A DNA stretch of 64,000 nucleotides from a virus. Shown here one piece after another: positions 16,511-22,858 of the stretch. The position numbers and the translations under genes are program-made. Below the pieces are notes generated by a model. It was not told the origin of the DNA, did not search any database, and was given only the letters and a program-made list of their open reading frames with translations. Every line of letters begins with the position of its first letter. Within the stretch, counting starts at the first letter, position 1. Location of the stretch: positions 229,116 to 293,115 of IMG/VR virus record IMGVR_UViG_3300037722_000745. One strand, given 5' to 3'.

Positions 16511-16546
16511 GTCTCGCCTCAGCGAGCAATCAAGTTGGCGGCCACC
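16511..16546 (-). repeat. Solitary CRISPR-like repeat, family B (Cas12j-like)
   Basis: GGTGGCCGCCAACTTGATTGCTCGCTGAGGCGAGAC followed by GACTCCCTCCGTCGCTACCA. Confidence 0.85.
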
Positions 16547-16601
16547 GCCAAAAGCCCCGTAAAGTTTAGCCCGCGTTCGAGATGAGCGACCTGGTTAGCG
16601 A

Positions 16602-16762
16602 TTGCTTGTTTTCCGAACAAGTGCGTTTGCCAGTTACGCCACAAAGGCCGGACGGCCTTCGACGGGACTCGAACCCGCATATGCATGTAAGATCGTTCTG
16701 GCGGAACGCGAGCTGGTGGGGAGTCTTGGAGTCGAACCAAGTTTGCTTGTAAGCGCCGCTGG
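16602..16762 (-). pseudogene. Cluster of tRNA fragments (a 5' half, a 3' half, and a Val(TAC)-like 3' part at 16715-16762)
   Basis: T arms GGTTCGAGTCC and GGTTCGACTCC with acceptor ends but no matching 5' halves; GCCTTTGTGGCGTAACTGGCAAACGC 5' half with no 3' half. Confidence 0.6.
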
Positions 16763-16953
16763 CGGCTCCCTTGCGGGAGCGAGAGGCAGTGCTGGAGTAT
16801 CGCTTTCGATTTACCGTCGAAATAGAGGCCAACCCTCCTACTCCCCAGATGCCGGTGCTCACCACACCACCGTCGTCAACGCAAGGGACCGGCGCCCCTG
16901 TGAAGCTCTCTGGCGATGATGCAGTACCCTCTCTAATACACCAAAGAAGGCGG

Positions 16954-17025
16954 AGCAGGTAGAGGGAATCGAACCCTCGCCTCCAGCTTGGCAAGCTGGC
17001 ATCCTACCGACTGGACGATACCTGC
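16954..17025 (-). tRNA. tRNA-Gly(GCC)
   Basis: Cloverleaf, loop TT-GCC-AA. Confidence 0.92.
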
Positions 17026-17026
17026 A

Positions 17027-17101
17027 TGGTCGGGGTGGCGGGAGTCGAACCCGCGACCTTCTGTCCCCCAGACAGACGCCCTTCCACTGAGCTACACCCC
17101 G
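17027..17101 (-). tRNA. tRNA-Pro(GGG)
   Basis: Cloverleaf, ACCA. Confidence 0.92.
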
Positions 17102-17121
17102 TTGTTTGGTTGCGGGAGCCG

Positions 17122-17157
17122 GTCTCGCTCTTTCAGGTGGCGAGCTACCACGGTTTT
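17122..17157 (-). repeat. Solitary CRISPR-like repeat, family A
   Basis: AAAACCGTGGTAGCTCGCCACCTGAAAGAGCGAGAC followed by a duplicate of the tRNA-fMet 3' end. Confidence 0.8.
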
Positions 17158-17166
17158 TCAAACCAG

Positions 17167-17238
17167 TTGCGGGAGCCGGAATCGAACCGACGAGGCTTGG
17201 GTTATGAGCCCGAGTTGAGGGCCAACACTCTTCCCGCG
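17167..17238 (-). tRNA. Initiator tRNA-fMet(CAT)
   Basis: C1xA72 mismatch, GGG/CCC anticodon stem. Confidence 0.85.
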
Positions 17239-17239
17239 G

Positions 17240-17312
17240 TGGCCAGAGAGGGAATCGAACCCCCGACGCCTTCATCTTCAGCGAAGCGCTCTACCAACTG
17301 AGCTATCTGGCC
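17240..17312 (-). tRNA. tRNA-Phe(GAA)
   Basis: Cloverleaf, loop CT-GAA-GA. Confidence 0.93.
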
Positions 17313-17316
17313 GTTG

Positions 17317-17357
17317 TGGTGGGTCCTCTCGGGATCGAACCGAGTTCTCCGATTTTT
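17317..17357 (-). pseudogene. tRNA 3' half (probably Phe-type) directly after a repeat
   Basis: AAAAATCGGAGAACTCGGTTCGATCCCGAGAGGACCCACCA. Confidence 0.75.
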
Positions 17358-17393
17358 GTCTCACTCTTGTAGGGGGTGAGCTTCCCTTACTCC
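17358..17393 (-). repeat. Solitary CRISPR-like repeat, family A
   Basis: GGAGTAAGGGAAGCTCACCCCCTACAAGAGTGAGAC. Confidence 0.85.
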
Positions 17394-17420
17394 CCACTGG
17401 CCTACTAGCCAACCACTCAG

Positions 17421-17492
17421 TGCTCCTACGGGGAATCGAACCCCGGCCGCCGGGGTGAAAACCCAGCATCCTGACCACTAGACGATAGGAGC
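17421..17492 (-). tRNA. tRNA-Glu(TTC)
   Basis: Cloverleaf. Confidence 0.92.
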
Positions 17493-17494
17493 GT

Positions 17495-17570
17495 TGGCGT
17501 CCCTACAGAGATTTGAACTCTGGTTTCCAGATTGAGAATCTGGCGTCCTGGCCGACTAGACGATAGGGAC
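17495..17570 (-). tRNA. tRNA-Glu(CTC)
   Basis: Cloverleaf, GCCA. Confidence 0.92.
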
Positions 17571-17571
17571 G

Positions 17572-17647
17572 TGGAGCCCGCGATCGGGATCGAACCGACT
17601 ACCTCCTGCGTACGAAGCAGGCGCCCTACCTTCAGGGCCTCACGGGC
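17572..17647 (-). tRNA. tRNA-Thr(CGT)
   Basis: Cloverleaf, CCA. Confidence 0.88.
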
Positions 17648-17711
17648 AAAGCGTGGCGAGCCTTCGGGGCCTCTTACACAGATCGCCGTACAGACGATGC
17701 GACCACACTAG

Positions 17712-17780
17712 CAGGCCGGCAGGGAATCGAACCCTGTCCTACGGATTTGGAGTCCGTTTGGCTTCCTTAGCCCCCGACCT
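17712..17780 (-). tRNA. tRNA-Trp(CCA)
   Basis: Loop CT-CCA-AA, short D arm. Confidence 0.85.
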
Positions 17781-17825
17781 AGATTTATCTCGCTCTTCCG
17801 CCAGCCAAGGCATACACGCATTGCT

Positions 17826-17861
17826 GTCTCGCTCTTGAAGGAGGCGAGCTTCCTTTGCGAG
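17826..17861 (-). repeat. Solitary CRISPR-like repeat, family A
   Basis: CTCGCAAAGGAAGCTCGCCTCCTTCAAGAGCGAGAC; a partial repeat end AAGAGCGAGA recurs ~28 nt downstream. Confidence 0.88.
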
Positions 17862-17893
17862 AGTCCTGCCACACCGTCTGATTAAACGCCTCT

Positions 17894-17969
17894 TGGCTCC
17901 AGGGGAGGGACTCGAACCCCCATCTTTCCGGTTAACAGCCGGACGCATTACCATTAGTGCTACCCTGGA
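17894..17969 (-). tRNA. tRNA-Asn(GTT)
   Basis: Cloverleaf, GCCA. Confidence 0.93.
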
Positions 17970-18103
17970 ATATGACAGGTGGGGACCCCGAAGCCTTAGG
18001 AGCCGCAAGGCCCCCACCATCGGCGAGATGATCCCCGCTACAGAGCCGCTCCCCGAAGGTCGCGGGTACCGCGTGCGAGGCTACATTCGCCGCACCGAAT
18101 TCC

Positions 18104-18122
18104 TATTCAGTTGTCATAGAGC
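18104..18122 (-). promoter_or_regulatory. boxA-like antitermination sequence
   Basis: GCTCTATGACAACTGAATA resembles rrn boxA (GCTCTTTRACAA) plus typical tail. Confidence 0.55.
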
Positions 18123-18195
18123 TGTAGGTGCTTCCACGGGACCTGTGTCCCGAAGTGCTTTCGCCCCCTCCATTGGAGGCGCTCTTTCGCACCAG

Positions 18196-18267
18196 TGGGT
18201 GGCATGGGAATCGAACCCACCTGTGCCTGATTAAGAGTCAGGTGCATCGCCTTGATGCTAACCACCC
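18196..18267 (-). tRNA. tRNA-Lys(CTT)
   Basis: Cloverleaf. Confidence 0.9.
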
Positions 18268-18473
18268 GCTGTCTTCGCCTGGATGAGAGCCAACAGCTCG
18301 TCGAGCAACTCATCGTCCGCGTAGAGAAGTCGGACTAGGATCTGTTTCTGTGTCACCTTGCCTTTCGCGTCCTTCGTGTGGCGGACCACGCAGCCGTTGT
18401 CGAAGTAGACCACCTGCTCGGTGAGTCGATCTTCATCCGCGTTGTCCAGTCGTCGTTCGTTCAGAACCCTCAT
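18258..18473 (-). CDS. Hypothetical protein
   Basis: ORF between two tRNA-Lys genes. Confidence 0.6.
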   Translation of the reverse strand: MRVLNERRLDNADEDRLTEQVVYFDNGCVVRHTKDAKGKVTQKQILVRLLYADDELLDELLALIQAKTAGG

Positions 18474-18480
18474 GCGTCGT

Positions 18481-18557
18481 TGGTGGGGCCGACAGGAATC
18501 GAACCTGCAACCGTCGAGTTAAAAGCTCGCTGCTCTGCCTGGTTGAGCTACGGCCCC
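18481..18557 (-). tRNA. tRNA-Lys(TTT)
   Basis: Cloverleaf, ACCA. Confidence 0.93.
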
Positions 18558-18632
18558 AGAAGGGTCTTCGGAGTCGTAGCTACGTTTGAGTCGAGAAGTC
18601 ATCGTTCGCTTACATTCATCGTTCGCTGACTT

Positions 18633-18714
18633 TGGTGGGAGTGGAGGGAATCGAACCCCCTGCGCCTTTCGACAACCGGTTTACAGCCAGTCTCCCGTCC
18701 ATCGGGTCACTCCC
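18633..18714 (-). tRNA. tRNA-Tyr(GTA)
   Basis: Variable arm, loop CT-GTA-AA, ACCA. Confidence 0.88.
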
Positions 18715-18802
18715 ATGAGTTGGTTGGAGAGTGAGCCTCGATAGCTTTCGTGGATGGGCTTTGTACGTGGGCTGATCATGTGAAATCCTTGGTCCAGAAA
18801 CG

Positions 18803-18833
18803 AAAAAAGCCACCTGGGTTTTCCCTAGGCGGC
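18803..18833 (-). terminator. Intrinsic terminator at the head of the tRNA operon (candidate attenuator)
   Basis: GCCGCCTAGGG-AAAA-CCCAGGTGGC-TTTTTT. Confidence 0.8.
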
Positions 18834-18871
18834 CTTCGTCATGCACAGAGTGTGAGTCAACGAGAGTCCGC

Positions 18872-19051
18872 CTAAGTATCCGCCTCCGGGTTCTGATTGC
18901 GGCGCGTAAACGCGGAGGCTTCGACATGGGTCGTAGGCTTAATGGCGCCTGCATAACCGAGTCTCCCAAAGCCCAGTCCCAGGACACGCCACGACCCCGA
19001 CAAGGCTTTGCCTTGCTCGAAGCGTGCTGGTGTTGAAGTCCGGGACATCAT
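18872..19051 (-). CDS. Putative 59-aa leader peptide
   Basis: MMSRTSTPARFEQ...NPEADT*, lying between the promoter and the terminator. Confidence 0.4.
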   Translation of the reverse strand: MMSRTSTPARFEQGKALSGSWRVLGLGFGRLGYAGAIKPTTHVEASAFTRRNQNPEADT

Positions 19052-19133
19052 GTCGATCACTCTGGTTTGGACTGTCGTTCTTTGGGGCCGTTGTCGGTGG
19101 GTTATGAACCCAACACGAGCTGACCGTTCTACC

Positions 19134-19162
19134 TTCCTACGGTCTACAAGAGGAAAGTGCAA
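19134..19162 (-). promoter_or_regulatory. sigma70-like promoter for the tRNA operon
   Basis: TTGCAC-N17-TAGGAA. Confidence 0.45.
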
Positions 19163-19216
19163 CCGTCCTCGCGTCGAATTCGGATCTTTTTCTCCGAACC
19201 TCGAGAACTCAACCAC

Positions 19217-19825
19217 TTACGGTGTGATGCCTACTTGAAGGTATGTGAGGGTACCGAGAAAATCTGGGTTGCCTTCACCAAACCCAGAGCGAAGCGTGTT
19301 GAGTCGGTCTGCCAACCACCCAAAAGTGGGATCTGCATCCCACGTGCCCGGGTAAGATACCCCCTTGAAGTCCGTGAAGCGGATGTACTCCCCGCTAGCA
19401 ACCGGAGCTGTCGAGTCCCACGCCAGACGGATCTGCAAACGCGTCCCCTCCGCGATGGCATCCCCTGAGCCCGCCAACGAGTTGACCGCCGTACTACCTC
19501 CGGTGCTGTTGAAGATAGCACACTCGGGCCGGTTGGAGTCGTCCATGTCGATCCGGATCTTGCCTCCATTGCCGACCAACTCCATCACCGTGCTCCCCGC
19601 CCCCAACGCTGGGGCGACAACCTCAACCTCGATAATTCCTCGGATCCCAGGATGATCGATCGCAGTAGCGCCTACTCGCCTAGTTGTCACCAACAACCCC
19701 GGAAGCGACCTGAAGGTGGTCCCTGGAGGGGTGTTCAGGCTGTTAGACCCAGAACTAACGAGTGCTGGATCCATCACTAGGCCCGTCGGGTAGAGAATGT
19801 GGGAGTGGTCGGGGATGTTTGGCAT
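19217..19825 (-). CDS. Beta-rich hypothetical protein (lectin-like/virion)
   Basis: G/T/S-rich; IRLAWD motif typical of ConA-like sandwiches. Confidence 0.55.
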   Translation of the reverse strand: MPNIPDHSHILYPTGLVMDPALVSSGSNSLNTPPGTTFRSLPGLLVTTRRVGATAIDHPGIRGIIEVEVVAPALGAGSTVMELVGNGGKIRIDMDDSNRPECAIFNSTGGSTAVNSLAGSGDAIAEGTRLQIRLAWDSTAPVASGEYIRFTDFKGVSYPGTWDADPTFGWLADRLNTLRSGFGEGNPDFLGTLTYLQVGITP

Positions 19826-19903
19826 AATCGGCTGAGCCTCGTAATTAGGAGCAAGACGGTATACCAAGCCATCCTCAAAAGTTCTTTTGCTATCGCGTAG
19901 GCA

Positions 19904-20521
19904 ATGGGACCAATATCCGCCGACGTGCAACGGATGCTGCGCCAAGCCTCCGAGAAGACCGCCACGCAGCCTTTCGTCTGCGAAGTTTTCGAAGATCCTC
20001 AGTGGAATAGCTTCGTCGAGCTGTGGGCACCTAGGATCTACACCTTCATCCGTGAAGCCCTAGGCAGTTATGCCACCGAGCCTCGTCCAACCATCATCCC
20101 CCTAGACGCCGGATTTCACATAGCCGGAGCCAACGCGAGCTTCAACATCGTGACCGGCCAGATCCAGCTCACCCCCGCCATGGCCGGCAACCCCGGAGTC
20201 ATTCTAGAGAAACTCACCCACGAGATGGTTCATGGGTCGCTAGCGGCATTCCCAGAAGGTGACCCCTTCTATGAAGAGGGTATGGCTGCGGACTACGGCA
20301 CCTGGATCTTAGCTCACGCTCCCGTCTGGGAGCCATACCGTGACATGATGATCAAAGCCGCCGCCGACAACATCCGCAACCGTCGAGATCGAGCCATGGC
20401 GACGGACTCCGACTACGATCGTAAAAGGTGGGCCGGAGGCGTCTACGCAATGACAGCGTTCGGGCCCCACCTCATCACCCGGCTGAGACAGAAGAAAGAG
20501 TGTGGTGATCTGACATGGTGA
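19904..20521 (+). CDS. Zincin metallopeptidase-like protein
   Basis: LTHEMVH...EEG (gluzincin-like). Confidence 0.75.
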   Translation: MGPISADVQRMLRQASEKTATQPFVCEVFEDPQWNSFVELWAPRIYTFIREALGSYATEPRPTIIPLDAGFHIAGANASFNIVTGQIQLTPAMAGNPGVILEKLTHEMVHGSLAAFPEGDPFYEEGMAADYGTWILAHAPVWEPYRDMMIKAAADNIRNRRDRAMATDSDYDRKRWAGGVYAMTAFGPHLITRLRQKKECGDLTW

Positions 20522-20525
20522 TCTG

Positions 20526-20723
20526 TCACTTGCGGCCTCTATTAGCCTTGAGGCGCTCGAGCTTCGCAATCGACCGACGTAGCCATCGCGGTGGAGTGTT
20601 CCCACTCTTGGCAATAGCTTTGAGGGTCTCCTCATACTCTCTCCGACTGTTGCAGCCGTAGGAACGATCCCGATTGTCCATGTGTAGGCCGTTAAATTTC
20701 GATAAGATACCCTTGCTCATCAC
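20526..20723 (-). CDS. Hypothetical protein
   Basis: Coupled ORF. Confidence 0.5.
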   Translation of the reverse strand: MMSKGILSKFNGLHMDNRDRSYGCNSRREYEETLKAIAKSGNTPPRWLRRSIAKLERLKANRGRK

Positions 20724-21073
20724 AACACCTTCCCGATCCAGGATTGCTTGTACGCCCAGTAGTCACACAAGGCTCTGTAGCCGTCCTCCGTGCAAGGATC
20801 GGACAGCGATCCAACCTCCTCCTTGTCGATAAACCGCAACACCCAGTACATCATCGCAGCCACCGGATCACCACGTTCTTCGTACGCTCGGGTCCGTTCA
20901 ACACAGAACTGATACCACCAGCGTGGGTTCGGTGACGGGACAAACGGCTCACGAGGCTCAACCTCTGGCTCAGATTTGGTTGTACGCCATCGATCCTCGT
21001 CCCGAGAGCGACGCCTCTTGCGCTTCCTCTTCGCGACCTTGCGCTGCTGCCAGCGCTCTGCCCAAGTGCTCAT
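20720..21073 (-). CDS. Hypothetical protein
   Basis: Coupled ORF. Confidence 0.6.
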   Translation of the reverse strand: MSTWAERWQQRKVAKRKRKRRRSRDEDRWRTTKSEPEVEPREPFVPSPNPRWWYQFCVERTRAYEERGDPVAAMMYWVLRFIDKEEVGSLSDPCTEDGYRALCDYWAYKQSWIGKVL

Positions 21074-21600
21074 TCGCCCTCCAACATCGCCGCCAACTCC
21101 AAACTGTCCCGAAACACGGGCTCACCTCCATCTGGAAGCTCCTCCAGAGTCGACAACAAAGCCCTCCACTGGCCTTTGGGTGGTTCGAAGGCTAAAAGCC
21201 CCTTCTCAACCACCCACCCTCGAATCTCGGGTAACGTAACCTTTGCCAAAAGATACGCAAGCTTCCTAAGATCGACAACATGCCCGAGCAAAACACCCTG
21301 ATGTTCATAGTCAACATCACCAAGAGGAATCAACTTCGATGGTGCTTCCCCAGCCCACTCTTTCAAATCCTCAACCACGAACACCTTTGGCTCAGAAGGT
21401 GGACCCGTCAACAAGTCCTCCAGGCGCGATTTTGGGTACCCTTTCCCCTGCTTAGGACCCGCCGCCTTCACCCCAAACAGGATATAGCTGTCTGTCGCCA
21501 CTGACCACGTAATCCGTTCAATCTTAATAGAGAACGGGGCCGCGTGCCAAGGTTTGGACCCGGACGCAAATCGCATGAGCTGTGAGAGCAAAACACTCAT
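21070..21600 (-). CDS. Hypothetical protein
   Basis: 176-aa ORF. Confidence 0.7.
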   Translation of the reverse strand: MSVLLSQLMRFASGSKPWHAAPFSIKIERITWSVATDSYILFGVKAAGPKQGKGYPKSRLEDLLTGPPSEPKVFVVEDLKEWAGEAPSKLIPLGDVDYEHQGVLLGHVVDLRKLAYLLAKVTLPEIRGWVVEKGLLAFEPPKGQWRALLSTLEELPDGGEPVFRDSLELAAMLEGE

Positions 21601-21838
21601 CTGGTTTCTGTACCTGATCCAGAATTCCTCTGGGAAGATCTACACCGGCATCTCACCAGACCCTGAAAAGAGGGTGCAAGTCCACAACACCGGGAAAGGT
21701 GCCAAAGCAACTCGTGCCGGTCGACCATGGAGGTTGGTCTATACAGAGTGCTGCGGCTCCAAAGGTCAAGCGTTGCGACGAGAACTAGCCGTCAAGAGGT
21801 TGTCTCGAGATCAGAAACTAGAACTGATCGAGACCTAA
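21554..21838 (+). CDS. Small GIY-YIG nuclease (UPF0213/YazA-like)
   Basis: WFLYLI...IYTGIS...R...HNTGKGAKATRAGRPWRLVY...ELAVKRL. Confidence 0.9.
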   Translation: MDPDANRMSCESKTLIWFLYLIQNSSGKIYTGISPDPEKRVQVHNTGKGAKATRAGRPWRLVYTECCGSKGQALRRELAVKRLSRDQKLELIET

Positions 21839-22509
21839 TCTGCCTGAGGAAGCTTCCCCACAAGCTCGCGAATACGCTCGGCCTCCTCAGCTTCCCGTAG
21901 CTTCGCCTTCAATTTAGTTGAACGCGCCAAGTGCGATGGCATTGGCTTGTCGGCTTCCATGCCCCATGCATCCCAACCAGGTGGACACCCTCTAGCAAAC
22001 AACTCAATGCGTGAGGTATCCCCAAAAAGCTCCTCAATACGCTCCCGAACCTCTGGCGGCTTGCTAGAGTGCCCCGGTGGTCGTGGGGCGAACACATACT
22101 GGCTCTGGCTCTCGGTCCTCAATGGCAGCGTGCGACCCCGCTTCTGTGTTGAGCCTATGAGCACGATCTCGCCTAGCTGTTTCACAAAACTCGGCCGCAC
22201 CCCCTGACCTTCGATGACCTTGCCGTCCTTCGTCGTCTTGATCCAGAAATAGGCGATACCGCGGTAGTAGAAGCCCCACTGCCGGATGAGGTCGATCGCC
22301 TCTGCGAGCTTCGGCCCGGTCGCCCACATGAACAAGACTCCCTTACCATCGATGAGCTGGCGGACTGGCAAAGCTTCAAGTTCCTCGAAGGACATCATGT
22401 TGTAATGTTTGCCAGCCGCCTGGTCCTTATCCGGGTCGCCATAGTATTCCCATGGCACGTCAATGTGTATAACCCGATAGACCGACGGGAGAGTATCTAA
22501 GGGCCTCAT
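21835..22509 (-). CDS. MT-A70 family N6-adenine methyltransferase
   Basis: IHIDVPW (DPPW variant), LFMWAT, HSSKP, IELFAR, GWDAWG. Confidence 0.9.
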   Translation of the reverse strand: MRPLDTLPSVYRVIHIDVPWEYYGDPDKDQAAGKHYNMMSFEELEALPVRQLIDGKGVLFMWATGPKLAEAIDLIRQWGFYYRGIAYFWIKTTKDGKVIEGQGVRPSFVKQLGEIVLIGSTQKRGRTLPLRTESQSQYVFAPRPPGHSSKPPEVRERIEELFGDTSRIELFARGCPPGWDAWGMEADKPMPSHLARSTKLKAKLREAEEAERIRELVGKLPQAD

Positions 22510-22660
22510 CGGAACACCCGGTAACCTCGACCCTCAAGAAAACCTACAGCGAATTCTTCAAAGTCGGCGTCGGTTAAATCACCTAAAGCTATGTTGATTC
22601 GATTACACACCACACGAACGTTGTCCTGCGTGTAACCTAGAGTCGAGTCAATACCCACGT
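22506..22660 (-). pseudogene. HNH endonuclease C-terminal remnant
   Basis: Hand translation IDSTLGYTQDNVRVVCNRIN... Confidence 0.65.
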
Positions 22661-22679
22661 AACTACGACCTGCATGCAG

Positions 22680-22795
22680 GGCTGCGACGCAGGGTCGTCC
22701 CCGATCCGCAGTAGGGATCGAGCGTCACCCCACCGCGGGGCGTGACGAGTTTGACGAGCCGCTCCATCAGCGCCAACGGCTTCATGGTCGGGACT
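22680..22795 (-). pseudogene. Duplicated MTase motif X/I fragment
   Basis: PTMKPLALMERLVKLVTPRGGVTLDPYCGSGTT, paralogous to the 3' end of 22859-25966. Confidence 0.8.
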
Positions 22796-22858
22796 CCCAA
22801 CAAGGGCCCGCAGAAACGACCTTGTAGCGGCCCGCCAGCGTCACAAGGGAGGGCGGGT

